Positions 36,748 to 45,365 of a stretch of 59,418 bases of DNA are shown in pieces. Source of the stretch: an uncultured Actinomycetes bacterium. GTDB lineage: Bacteria; Chloroflexota; Dormibacteria; Dormibacterales; Dormibacteraceae. Within the stretch, counting starts at the first letter, position 1, and each line of letters starts with the position of its first letter. The DNA lies in assembly GCA_964461175.1 (NCBI GenBank), contig CAYWTI010000247.1, positions 1-59,418 on the forward strand. Direction: 5' to 3'. A program made the position numbers and the translations under genes. The notes beneath the pieces are model-generated. The model saw nothing but the letters and a program-made list of their open reading frames with translations, was not told the DNA's origin and made no database searches.

Positions 36748-38865
36748 ATGCCCGAATCTGAGCCCAAACCGAAGCTGATCGAACTCGTCGGGCCTGGCGC
36801 AGGCCAGGGCTGGAAGGCCGTGCTCAAGAGCGGCAGGGCCGCGGTCGTGCACGAGATCCCGGTTCCACCGGCCGAGGCGACCGCCGCCGCGCCGCGCCTG
36901 CAGCGCCTCTTCGACCACCGTCACCCCGCACTCTCCCCCGTGCTCGCCTGGGGCACGGACCAGAACGGAGTCTGGGTCGCGGTCGAGCCGAACGAGGGCA
37001 CCCCGCTCAGCTCGATCCTCAGCCGCGGGCCGATGACGCCGCCGGCCGCCGCCGCCCTCGGCGCCGCCGTGCTGTCGGGCGTGGCCGCGCTCCACGAGAC
37101 GGGCATCGCCATGGGTGGCTTCGGCGCCACCGCGGTGCGAGTCACGTCGAACGGCGACGTCCGGCTTGCCGGGCACCCGGCGGCCGCCGTCCGAGGCGCG
37201 CCCTCGCAGAGCGACCTGCGTGCCGATGTCCGCTCCTGCGGTATGGCGGTCTGCGCCGCGTTCGGCGTCGATCCCGCCGGCGCACCGGCCCCCGCCAACA
37301 TCCCGCCCGGCCTCGTGGTCACCATGCGGTCGATGGCGAGCGGCGCGATGGGGCCGTCGGCCGACCGCGCCCTGGGCGCGCTCCGCGAGATGGCGGCCCC
37401 GCTGCTGGCGCCCGACCGGCAGATGGCGGCGCAGTCCGAGCTCGCGACGCGCGCAGGCGGCCGCGAGGTGCCCGCGATCACGCCGTTCCTGCCGGGCGGC
37501 ACCGTGGCCCCGGCGGCGCAGCCGGCGCCATCCGCGCCGGTGGCTCCTGTTGCGGCGGCCGCGCCCCCCGCACCGGCACCCGCTCCTGCTCCCTTCCTCG
37601 CGCCGCCGCGCCCGGACGACCAGCAGGCGGTGCGCCGTTCGGTGTACGAGCCCGACGATCGTCCTCTCCAGACCTACCCTTCGATCCCGGCGGTGACGTT
37701 CCCGCCCGCGCCCGCGCCGATGCCCGCCCCCGCCGCGGCGGCGGCTTCGGCCGTGGAGACTCCACCCAGCGCACCCGTGCCGACCTGGGCGGAGGCGCCA
37801 CCGCGCTCGCCCGCCCCGATCGAGGAAGCGGCACCGGCGATCAGCACCAACCCGCCCGCGCCGCGATCTGAGCCCGCGGCGCCGCTCCCGCCCATCGAGC
37901 CCCCTGCGCCCGCCGCGCCACCCGCGTTCATAACGTCCCCGCCCGCGCCTGCCCCGCCGCCGGCGTTCATTACCTCCCCGCCCGCACCGGCCGCCGCGCC
38001 CGCCGCCGAACCGGCCTCGCCGGCCGTGCCCGTGGCCGCCGCGGCAGCCGCGCCTGCGGCCTGGACCCCGGTCGAGTCCCCGGTGTGGAAGCCGGGAGAG
38101 GCCGTCCCGGCCGAGCCTCTCGGCACCGGCTACGCGATCGAAGCCCCGAGGCTCGACCCGGTCCCGCCCGCGGCGCCGCCCGCGGCCGTCATGCCGGCCC
38201 GCGTGACCTCGCCTCCGGTCGAGCGCAAGCAGACGGTCCCGCGGCCTGACCGCCCAGGGCGTCTCGGCCCGTCGGATCGGCCCGCCTGGCTCGTGCCGGC
38301 GGCGGTGGCCGCGGTCGTGATCATCCTTCTCGGCGTGGCCGGGGTCGTGATCCTGCCCAAGCTCGGGGGCTCGAACCCGGTCGCGAGCACGTCACCGTCG
38401 GCGCGCGCCTCGAGCTCGCCAAAAGCCTCGCCGAAGGCATCGCCGACCGGCGGAGGCCTGCAGACGGTGCCGACCTACGCGCCGGCCACCGCCGCGCCCG
38501 TCAGCAAGATCCAGATCTGCACTGCGGAGGCGCCCTGCGCCATTCCCGGCGGCTCGCCCGAGTCAGGCACCACGTGCGATCTGACGTCGTGCCACATCGA
38601 GGTGGCGCTTTACTTCACCTCGGTCCAGAAGAGCGTTCCCGTCGCCTACGCGTTGAAGTTCTTCGACCGGTGCACCGGGCAGTCGACCGACCTCCAGGGC
38701 ACGAGAACGACCACGCCCTCGACCGGCTGGATCGTCGCCATCCCGACAGACCACCTGGCGGTGACGATCCCCTCCGGCGTGAAGTCGGGCGCGATCGTCG
38801 CGGTCTCCTCTGCACCGGCGACGGCGGCCTCGGCGCCGCTGCTGCTCGGTGCGGACAGCTGCTAG
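36748..38865 (+). CDS. Single-pass membrane protein: N-terminal degenerate protein-kinase-like (pseudokinase) domain, Pro/Ala-rich linker, TM segment, Cys-containing extracytoplasmic domain
   Basis: 705 aa. GPGAGQG (glycine-loop-like), HPALSPVLAWG and VWVAVEPNEGTPLSSIL (hinge-like). LHETGIAMGGFGATAVRVTSNGDVRLAG stands where HRDxKPxN...DFG would be, with the catalytic residues absent. TM segment AWLVPAAVAAVVIILLGVAGVVILP. The C-terminal ~170 aa carry 6 Cys. Confidence 0.6.
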   Translation: MPESEPKPKLIELVGPGAGQGWKAVLKSGRAAVVHEIPVPPAEATAAAPRLQRLFDHRHPALSPVLAWGTDQNGVWVAVEPNEGTPLSSILSRGPMTPPAAAALGAAVLSGVAALHETGIAMGGFGATAVRVTSNGDVRLAGHPAAAVRGAPSQSDLRADVRSCGMAVCAAFGVDPAGAPAPANIPPGLVVTMRSMASGAMGPSADRALGALREMAAPLLAPDRQMAAQSELATRAGGREVPAITPFLPGGTVAPAAQPAPSAPVAPVAAAAPPAPAPAPAPFLAPPRPDDQQAVRRSVYEPDDRPLQTYPSIPAVTFPPAPAPMPAPAAAAASAVETPPSAPVPTWAEAPPRSPAPIEEAAPAISTNPPAPRSEPAAPLPPIEPPAPAAPPAFITSPPAPAPPPAFITSPPAPAAAPAAEPASPAVPVAAAAAAPAAWTPVESPVWKPGEAVPAEPLGTGYAIEAPRLDPVPPAAPPAAVMPARVTSPPVERKQTVPRPDRPGRLGPSDRPAWLVPAAVAAVVIILLGVAGVVILPKLGGSNPVASTSPSARASSSPKASPKASPTGGGLQTVPTYAPATAAPVSKIQICTAEAPCAIPGGSPESGTTCDLTSCHIEVALYFTSVQKSVPVAYALKFFDRCTGQSTDLQGTRTTTPSTGWIVAIPTDHLAVTIPSGVKSGAIVAVSSAPATAASAPLLLGADSC
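37918..37989 (+). repeat. Tandem 36-nt coding repeat (2 copies; PPAFITSPPAPA x2) inside the Pro/Ala linker
   Basis: ccacccgcgttcataacgtccccgcccgcgcctgcc is followed by ccgccggcgttcattacctccccgcccgcaccggcc. Confidence 0.8.
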
Positions 38866-39614
38866 GCGGCCCGGAGCGAGTAGCGCAAGAACAGGAAGTC
38901 GGCCTGCCGGCGCGCGCTGAGCAGCCGGCTCGTCACGTGCCTTTGCGGTAGGAACTCCTCACCGGCCACAAAGCCGAGCCTCGGCTCCCCGGCGCGGCCG
39001 GCGACAAGCGGGCTCAGGGTCAGGAACAGCTCGTCGAGCAGGCCTGCGTCGACGAGCTCACCGGTGACGTGCGGGCCGCCCTCGGTGAGAATCACGTCGT
39101 AGCCGCGCTCGCGCATCGCCGCCAGCGCCGCCGTCATGTCCACGTGTCCGCTCGCGCCTATCTCCACGACGTCGCACGAACCGGGTAGGCGGCCGTCGAT
39201 CTTGCGCGCGCCGGCGGCGGTGGTGACCACGGTCGCGCCGGCCACCACGGCGGTGTGTGAAGCGTCGATGTCGCCCGATGCGGTCACGAGCACGAGTCGC
39301 GGCCTCGGCTTGCGACCGAGATCGGCGCGTAGCCTGGCGAACTCGGCGGCGAGGTCGGGGAAGATGTGCTCCGCGGTCCACTGGTGCCCGGGCGTCGCTC
39401 TCAGCGTCCCGGCACCGAGCAGGACGGCGTCGGCGCAGGCACGGAGCAGGCCCATCAGGAATCTGTCCCACGTGTTCCGGCCGCTGATGATCGACCCCGC
39501 CGACTGAACATCGCCGAGCGTGACCGCCCCGTCGAGCGAGGAAACGAAATTGGCGTACAGGGCCCGGCGCGCGAAGCCGATGCGGCCGTAGATGCGCTCG
39601 ATGTCCGGCGGCAC
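38862..39614 (-). CDS. RibD C-terminal domain / dihydrofolate-reductase-like pyrimidine reductase family protein
   Basis: 250 aa. ANFVSSLDG, LLGAGTLRA, ILTEGGPHVTGELVDAGLLDELFLTLSPLVAG. Its stop shares the palindrome CTAG (38862-38865) with the convergent gene. Confidence 0.75.
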   Translation of the reverse strand: MPPDIERIYGRIGFARRALYANFVSSLDGAVTLGDVQSAGSIISGRNTWDRFLMGLLRACADAVLLGAGTLRATPGHQWTAEHIFPDLAAEFARLRADLGRKPRPRLVLVTASGDIDASHTAVVAGATVVTTAAGARKIDGRLPGSCDVVEIGASGHVDMTAALAAMRERGYDVILTEGGPHVTGELVDAGLLDELFLTLSPLVAGRAGEPRLGFVAGEEFLPQRHVTSRLLSARRQADFLFLRYSLRAA

Positions 39615-39664
39615 TCGATAGGCCGGCAGGCTCCCCTCCTCGAAGAGGACCTCGAACGCTTCGA

Positions 39665-40321
39665 TCAGTGGTCGATCCGCGAGTTGGCGGCGGCGAGGAA
39701 CTCAGTCCGCAGCTGCGGGTCGCCCTCGTAGTTGCCACGCCAGAAGGACGTCCAGGTCCGGGAGTGGCTCTCGCGCACGCCGCGCATCTGCGTGCACAGG
39801 TGGATGGCGTTGAGGTGGACGGCGACGCCGTGCGGGCTGAGGATGCGGACGAGCGCGTCTGCGATCTCGACACCCACCCGCTCCTGGACGGTGAATCGGC
39901 GGGCGAAGACGCGCACCAGCCGGGTCAGCTTCGAGATGCCGATGATCTCCTCGTGCGCGATGTAGCCGATGAACGCGTGGCCGTGGAAAGGCAGCGCGTG
40001 GTGCTCGCAGAGGGAGTAGAACTCGATCGGGCCTTCGATCACCTGGCTGATGCTGCAGTCGGGGCCGCCGCGGCACTCGGTCGGAAACGCGGTCAGAAGC
40101 TTGGGGTCGCCGTCGTAGCCGGCCGTCGAGTCGAACATTGCGCGGATGAAACGCTCCGGCGTGTTTCGCGTCCCCGGGGTGTCGAGGTCCATGCCCATCG
40201 CGGTGAAGATCTCCGCGGCGTAGCCCTCGAACTTCTTCAGCTTCTCGGGTGAGATCTCACGCCGGTGGACGTGGTCCCACTCGCTTGTCTCCTCGGGGTC
40301 GTAGTGCAGCGACGATGACAT
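39665..40321 (-). CDS. folE: GTP cyclohydrolase I (FolE type)
   Basis: 218 aa. TPERFIRAM, SLCEHHALPFHG, ISKLTRLVRVFARRFTVQER and HLCTQMRGV. A strong SD (aaggagaggagc) precedes the ATG. Confidence 0.92.
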   Translation of the reverse strand: MSSSLHYDPEETSEWDHVHRREISPEKLKKFEGYAAEIFTAMGMDLDTPGTRNTPERFIRAMFDSTAGYDGDPKLLTAFPTECRGGPDCSISQVIEGPIEFYSLCEHHALPFHGHAFIGYIAHEEIIGISKLTRLVRVFARRFTVQERVGVEIADALVRILSPHGVAVHLNAIHLCTQMRGVRESHSRTWTSFWRGNYEGDPQLRTEFLAAANSRIDH

Positions 40322-40418
40322 GCTCCTCTCCTTGTCAGGACGGGCGGCCTTGGGCCCAATTTACGCCGCAGCAACCAGGGATCGAATTCGCGTTGGCCGG
40401 GTTAGAGTTGGTGACCCG

Positions 40419-41198
40419 ATGAGCCTGAACCGGGTTCTCTCGGTCATGATTCCCGCCTTCAACGAGGAACGGACGCTCGAGCCGATCCTGAACCACGTGC
40501 TGGAGCAGCCGGAGGTCGGCGAGGTCGTCGCCGTCGACGACGGATCCACGGACCGGACGTGGGCGATCATGAGCGGCTTCGCCGAGCGCGACTCGCGGGT
40601 CCGCCCTTTCCGCCTCGAGCAGAACCAGGGCAAGGGCGCGGCCCTGCGCCGAGCCATCTCGGAGGTGCGGATGCCATTCGCGGTGGTCCAGGACGCTGAC
40701 CTCGAGTACGACCCCCGTGATTACCCGACGCTGTTACAGCCGCTCGTCGAGGGCCGCGCCGACGTCGTCTACGGAGTGCGCGGTTTTGCCGGGCAGACGG
40801 CCTTCAGCTTCTGGTTCGTCATGGGCAACAAGGCCGTGACGCTGGCGGCCAACCTTCTGTTCGACTGCTACATCTCCGACCTGGAGAGCGGCTACAAGGC
40901 GCTGCGCGCCGACCTGTGGCGCCGGCTCAACCTGCACGGCGACCGGTTCGACATCGAGCCCGACATCACCGCGCGCGTGCTCCGGCTCGGCTACCGCATC
41001 CACGAGGTCCCGATCCGCTACTACGCGCGCAGCCGAGCCGAGGGCAAGAAGCTGACATGGGTCGACGGCGTGCGGGCGATCGGCCATCTCGTCCGGCTTC
41101 GCCTGGTGCCGTACGCGCGCCTGTTCGGCCGCGCCTCAGATCGCGGCTATCACCAGGAAAGGCAGCGCCAGCTCGCCCTGCGGCACCCCCTGCTCTAG
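40419..41198 (+). CDS. Family 2 glycosyltransferase (polyprenol-phosphate glycosyltransferase-like)
   Basis: VMIPAFNEE, VVAVDDGSTD, NQGKGAA and VQDADLEYDP. ATG 40419 is chosen because the upstream part of ORF 40320-41198 has no family similarity. Confidence 0.85.
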   Translation: MSLNRVLSVMIPAFNEERTLEPILNHVLEQPEVGEVVAVDDGSTDRTWAIMSGFAERDSRVRPFRLEQNQGKGAALRRAISEVRMPFAVVQDADLEYDPRDYPTLLQPLVEGRADVVYGVRGFAGQTAFSFWFVMGNKAVTLAANLLFDCYISDLESGYKALRADLWRRLNLHGDRFDIEPDITARVLRLGYRIHEVPIRYYARSRAEGKKLTWVDGVRAIGHLVRLRLVPYARLFGRASDRGYHQERQRQLALRHPLL

Positions 41199-41219
41199 GC
41201 GCTCGAGCTGTCTGGAGCC

Positions 41220-41774
41220 CTACCTTTCCTTGCCCCCGACGGGGGTAGGCGAAGACGGCGATTCATGGGGCGCCGGTCCGGGCGAGCGGACCCCAAGCCC
41301 GCCCGACGGGCCCTGCGGCCCCTCTTCCCCGCCCCGATGCTTCCACCGCAGCTTCGGCGGCCGGTCGGTCCGGTACTCGCGCGCACGCTCCGCCGCGATC
41401 TCGAAGTTCTCGCAGAACTTCTCGTTGCCCGTCGACGCGCGAAGGGCGAGCACGTCCTCGCGCAGCTCGTCCCAGTAGAGGTCGAAGGCGAAGGCGTCGA
41501 AGATCAGGGCCTCGGGGATCAGGTGATGCAGGGCGAGGACGCTGATCTCCTCGAACAGGTGGGCGAGCAGCATGTAGTCGTCCGGCTCGAGCTTCTTCTG
41601 CAGAAGACGCCCGAACGCGGGCGCGGTCGGCTCGCTGTGCAGCGTGGCCATGATGGATACGAAGGTCTGCGCGTGGTCGGGGACCACGCGCCCGAAGTCG
41701 GGGGCCGGCGGACGCGGATCGTGTGGAGAGCGCACGCCTAAGACGTTAAGCGCACCGGCGGCGAAACGCGCCAC
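41220..41774 (-). CDS. Hypothetical protein (184 aa)
   Basis: ORF with genome-typical G/C third positions. No family recognised with confidence. Confidence 0.5.
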   Translation of the reverse strand: MARFAAGALNVLGVRSPHDPRPPAPDFGRVVPDHAQTFVSIMATLHSEPTAPAFGRLLQKKLEPDDYMLLAHLFEEISVLALHHLIPEALIFDAFAFDLYWDELREDVLALRASTGNEKFCENFEIAAERAREYRTDRPPKLRWKHRGGEEGPQGPSGGLGVRSPGPAPHESPSSPTPVGGKER

Positions 41775-41853
41775 TTCACATCTGGGTTGAATTGGCGCTT
41801 AATAGGCACGGCGCGGGTGGCCGTGGGGGACTGGTTCTGCATGGGAGGTGGCC

Positions 41854-43161
41854 ATGGCCATCCTGACGCGCCTCGTGGCCATCATCTCGCTCGTCCTGGT
41901 CAGTCTTGTCGCATTCGCCGCGACGACCGTCGCTTTCGACATCCGCTCGCTTGCCGGAGCCTCCTTCCAGAGCGGATTGCCCGGACCAGGCGCAAACGGC
42001 TTGCCTGCGGCGGGAACGTACAAGAACTCGAATCTGAACGCGTCGTTCTTCACCTGTTGCGGCTCGGATGGAGCGACGAATCTACAGCTGTTCGTCCAGG
42101 ACTCGGCGAGCGTCTCGAACCCGGTCGTAGGGCCGACGACATCGACCGACGAGGTCGACGTGCAGTTCAGCTTGACCGACTACCTCGCAGGCCTCTTCAT
42201 CGGCGGCTGCATCATCCCGGACCACCCGTCGGACTTCACGGTCAACTCGACCGCAACCTCGGCGCAGCTGAACACGACGGTGCTGGCAACGACGAAGACC
42301 TGCGCAGGCCAGACTCTCAACGGCCTGACGCCGCCGTTCACGCTCAATGCGACGTGGACCGCGGCGAGCGCCGGGCGCACGGACACGGCTCTGACCCGCT
42401 ACTCGTGCGGTGCGTACAGAAACGAATCGCAGGGCACCAGCACTGGAGGATCCAATGTGACCGCGACGTTCTCGGCGTCGTTCCTGACAGCGCCACTTCC
42501 GCCGATCCCCCAAGCCAACCTTTCCTCGGCCTCTGGATCCACCCACGCGCAGGGAACGGCGGATCCGGGGTGCCAGCAGCTTGGAGGCAAGGGTGCAGGC
42601 CCCGGTCCACAGGCTGCCGGTGACTACACGACCCAGTCGACCTCTGCGGCGATGTCGATCCAGCCGGACGACACCAGCCAGCCATCCTTCAGCGTGTTCG
42701 CCACCAGCTTCACCAACACCGCGCATCCGGTCAGGGGTCCGGTCTCGACCCAGACTGAGACCGACCTCAACATCTTCCAGTTCAGCTTCTTCCAGCCCGT
42801 ACGCGACTGCTGGGTTATCGCGCCCGGCGACTTCACGGTCGCGAGCGACCTTCACACCGCCACGCTCAACGTGCCGATCACCGAGGCCCCCGGGCAGTGC
42901 CAGTTCGCCACCAACATCGGTCCGAGTGTTCAGGGCATCAGCGCCACGTGGGTTGCGACGACTCCGCTTGCGAGCTTCACCAGGACCTCTCAGGGAGGGT
43001 GCGGAACCTTCCACGTGGCCGGAACAACAGCGCAGACCTCGGTGAACGCAAGCGCGAGCGCGACGTGGCCCGGGATTGCGGCCGAGGCTACGGACACAAA
43101 TTCGTTCATCGGAACCAACAACTCGGTCACGCACGTACAGGGCACGCTGACCGGCTGCTGA
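41854..43161 (+). CDS. Secreted Ser/Thr-rich protein with an internal domain duplication, unknown family
   Basis: gggagg (41843-41848) lies 5 nt before ATG 41854. Signal peptide MAILTRLVAIISLVLVSLVAFA. Two related halves share GP.T/S...E.D...C.I/V.I...DFTV.S...A.LN...C...ATW.A...R.S.G.CG. The gene is visibly less GC-rich at third positions than its neighbours. Confidence 0.6.
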   Translation: MAILTRLVAIISLVLVSLVAFAATTVAFDIRSLAGASFQSGLPGPGANGLPAAGTYKNSNLNASFFTCCGSDGATNLQLFVQDSASVSNPVVGPTTSTDEVDVQFSLTDYLAGLFIGGCIIPDHPSDFTVNSTATSAQLNTTVLATTKTCAGQTLNGLTPPFTLNATWTAASAGRTDTALTRYSCGAYRNESQGTSTGGSNVTATFSASFLTAPLPPIPQANLSSASGSTHAQGTADPGCQQLGGKGAGPGPQAAGDYTTQSTSAAMSIQPDDTSQPSFSVFATSFTNTAHPVRGPVSTQTETDLNIFQFSFFQPVRDCWVIAPGDFTVASDLHTATLNVPITEAPGQCQFATNIGPSVQGISATWVATTPLASFTRTSQGGCGTFHVAGTTAQTSVNASASATWPGIAAEATDTNSFIGTNNSVTHVQGTLTGC

Positions 43162-43173
43162 GATCGCTTCGAT

Positions 43174-43199
43174 GGGCCGGCGCGGCGTCGCGCCGGCCC
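43174..43199. terminator. GC-rich hairpin between the convergent secreted-protein gene and tRNA-Ser
   Basis: 11-bp perfect stem gggccggcgcg (43174-43184) / cgcgccggccc (43189-43199), loop gcgt. There is only a weak T run afterwards. Confidence 0.5.
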
Positions 43200-43220
43200 G
43201 TCCCTTGCGCCGGCGCGGAT

Positions 43221-43312
43221 TGGCGGACGGGGTGGGATTTGAACCCACGAGGCCCTTGCGGGCCTACGGCATTTCCAGTGCCGCGCCCTCGACCGAGCTA
43301 GGCGACCCGTCC
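43221..43312 (-). tRNA. tRNA-Ser (anticodon GGA), CCA encoded
   Basis: Manual cloverleaf. Acceptor GGACGGG/CCCGTCC. Anticodon stem CGGCA/TGCCG with loop CTGGAAA. Long variable arm GGCCC-GCAA-GGGCC. T-arm GTGGG-TTCAAAT-CCCAC. Discriminator G plus CCA. Confidence 0.9.
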
Positions 43313-43342
43313 TGAACGAATTGTGCCGCGAGCGCCGGCGTT

Positions 43343-43372
43343 GGCGCCCTTGGGGCAGCCGCGAAGGGCGCC
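43343..43372. terminator. Hairpin between the rpiA stop and tRNA-Ser
   Basis: 9-bp stem ggcgccctt (43343-43351) / aagggcgcc (43364-43372) with a 12-nt loop. It could terminate the pentose-phosphate operon. No T-tract. Confidence 0.4.
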
Positions 43373-43403
43373 GGTGCCGGCAGTCGCGCCCCCCAGGCGC
43401 GAG

Positions 43404-44102
43404 CTATCGAGCTCCCGATCCCGAGCGGCCGATCGCCCTTGGTCCCTCCGCGCCGGCCACGATCACCGTGTCGGTCATGCCCACGAACAGGCCGTGCTCG
43501 ACGACGCCCGTGATCGACTTCAGCTCCATCGCCAGTTCCTCCACGGCGTTGATGGGCCCGGGCACCGTCAGGTCGAGGATGAGGTTGCCGTTGTCCGTGA
43601 CGTAAGGCGTCTCCTCCCCACCGCGAACGACGAGGCTGACCCCGATGGCGGCGATCCGCTGCGCCGTCGATCGCCATAGGAATGGCAGCACCTCGACGGG
43701 CAGGACACCGACGCCGAGCGCCTTCACCAGCTTCGATTCGTCGACCACGACCACGAATCGCTTGGCCGCCGCGGCCACGAGCTTCTCGCGGAACAGCGCG
43801 CCGCCGCGGCCCTTGATGAGGTTGAGCGCCGGGTCGACCTCGTCGGCGCCGTCGACGGCCAGGTCGATCTGTCCAACGAGCTCGGTCACGATCGGAATCC
43901 CGAGCGATGCCGCGAGCTCCGCGGTCGCGCGCGACGTCGGCACCCCCCGAAGCTTCATGCCCTCCGCGACGAGCGAGCCCACCCCTTCGGTGAAGAACCG
44001 CGCGGTCGAGCCCGTGCCGAGACCCACGAGCATCCCGTCCTGGACGAGCTCCACGGCCTTGGCGGCCGCGGCGCGCTTCAGGTCGTCAGTCAACAGCGTC
44101 AC
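43404..44102 (-). CDS. rpiA: Ribose-5-phosphate isomerase A
   Basis: 232 aa. GLGTGSTA, DGADEVD and KGRGGALFREK. Confidence 0.92.
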   Translation of the reverse strand: MTLLTDDLKRAAAAKAVELVQDGMLVGLGTGSTARFFTEGVGSLVAEGMKLRGVPTSRATAELAASLGIPIVTELVGQIDLAVDGADEVDPALNLIKGRGGALFREKLVAAAAKRFVVVVDESKLVKALGVGVLPVEVLPFLWRSTAQRIAAIGVSLVVRGGEETPYVTDNGNLILDLTVPGPINAVEELAMELKSITGVVEHGLFVGMTDTVIVAGAEGPRAIGRSGSGAR

Positions 44103-44754
44103 GGATCGCCCTGATACCTGCTGCCACGCCCGCCTTGTTCGCGTACACGGAGTTGCCGGCGACCAGGACCGTGGCGCCCGCGGCGGTCACGAGCGGGGCG
44201 GTGCGTGCGTCGATGCCGCCGTCGACCTCGATCTCGAAGCCGGCGCCGAGGGCGCGCACGCGCTTCACCTTGTCCGGGCTTCCGGCGATGAACCTCTGGC
44301 CGCCAAACCCAGGCTCGACGGTCATCACGTTCACGAGGTCGATGTACGGCACGATCTCGCGCAGGTCATCCACAGGCGTTGCCGGGTTGATGGCCACGCC
44401 CGCCTTCGCGCCGAGCTCCTTGATCGTCTGCACCGTGCGGTAAAGCGACGTCGTCGCCTCGACCTGGACCTCGATCAAGGTCGCGCCTGCCCTGGCGAAC
44501 GCCTCGAGGAAGACCTCAGGCCGTTCGACCATGAGGTGCGCCTCGATCGGCAGCGAAGTCGCCTTGCGCACCGCCTCGACCACCATCGGCCCGAACGTGA
44601 GGTTGGGCACGAAATGGCCGTCCATGACGTCGACCTGGATCCGATCTGCGCCCGCGGCCTCGGCCTCGCGTACCTGCTCGGCCAGCCGGCCGGCGTCGGC
44701 GGAAAGGATCGACGGGACTATCTCGATCCGGCGGCCGCGCGGTCGATCAGCCAT
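44086..44754 (-). CDS. rpe: Ribulose-phosphate 3-epimerase
   Basis: VPSILSAD, VDVMDGHFVPNLTFGP, MTVEPGFGGQ and VDGGI. ATG 44754 adds 12 aa. An in-frame ATA 44721 overlaps the pgl TAG (ATAG) and would give the family-typical (M)VPSILSAD. Confidence 0.93.
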   Translation of the reverse strand: MADRPRGRRIEIVPSILSADAGRLAEQVREAEAAGADRIQVDVMDGHFVPNLTFGPMVVEAVRKATSLPIEAHLMVERPEVFLEAFARAGATLIEVQVEATTSLYRTVQTIKELGAKAGVAINPATPVDDLREIVPYIDLVNVMTVEPGFGGQRFIAGSPDKVKRVRALGAGFEIEVDGGIDARTAPLVTAAGATVLVAGNSVYANKAGVAAGIRAIRDAVD

Positions 44755-45365
44755 CGTGCGCCGGTAATCATCCCGGATGGCGTCTCCCCGCGCCGGGCCT
44801 TGGCGACGGCGTCCGCCTTGCCTGCGCCGGTGGCGATGATGAGCGTCTTGCGAGCGTCGCGGATCGCCTCGAACGTCATCGTCACGCGTTCCGGCGGAGG
44901 CTTCGGCGAATCGTGGACGCCCACGACCAGCCCGCTGGCATGCAGCGCCCTGTGGCCAGGAAACAGCGAGTTGACGTGCCCGTCCTCCCCGACGCCGAGC
45001 AGGACGACGTCGAACGGCGCCGTCGCGGCGACCACCTCGGCGTAGGCGCCGGCGCCCTCGTCAGGCCCCAGCTCGCCCGGGATCCGGTAAACCGTCGCGG
45101 GATTGACACGGTCCAGAAGGCTTTCCTTCGCCATCCGGTAGTTGCTCTCCGGGTCGAGCGGCGGGACACACCGCTCGTCGCCGAACAGGATCGACACGCG
45201 TCCCCACGGCACCTCGAGCTCGGACAGCAGCTCGTAGCAGCGTTTCGGCGATGTGCCGCCGGTGAGCACGAGTGTGCGAGCGCCCGCGCGCAGGTCTTTG
45301 GCGATCTCGGCCGCCGCCGCCTCCGCCACCTCCTCCGCCGTGGCCAGGACCGTGAAGGTCGCCAC
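44718..45365 (-). CDS. pgl: 6-phosphogluconolactonase
   Basis: 215 aa. LVLTGGTSP, FGDERCVP and LLGVGEDGHVNSLFPG. The GTG start directly abuts the opcA stop. Confidence 0.88.
   Translation of the reverse strand: MATFTVLATAEEVAEAAAAEIAKDLRAGARTLVLTGGTSPKRCYELLSELEVPWGRVSILFGDERCVPPLDPESNYRMAKESLLDRVNPATVYRIPGELGPDEGAGAYAEVVAATAPFDVVLLGVGEDGHVNSLFPGHRALHASGLVVGVHDSPKPPPERVTMTFEAIRDARKTLIIATGAGKADAVAKARRGETPSGMITGARWLIDRAAAGSR

Noticed and set aside
37480-38130. The Pro/Ala-rich tract, considered as a possible DNA-level tandem-repeat array or contingency locus.
   Set aside because: Apart from the two 36-nt units at 37918-37989, the tract is compositionally biased but not periodic at the nucleotide level.
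41199-43312. A possible tRNA-Ser-associated genomic island containing the hypothetical gene and the secreted-protein gene.
   Set aside because: There is no integrase, no recombinase and no direct repeat of the tRNA 3' end. The nearest resemblance, tgggttgaattgg at about 41781-41793, is not a real match to ggtgggatttgaacc. Only the compositional oddity of the secreted-protein gene remains, and that is reported separately.
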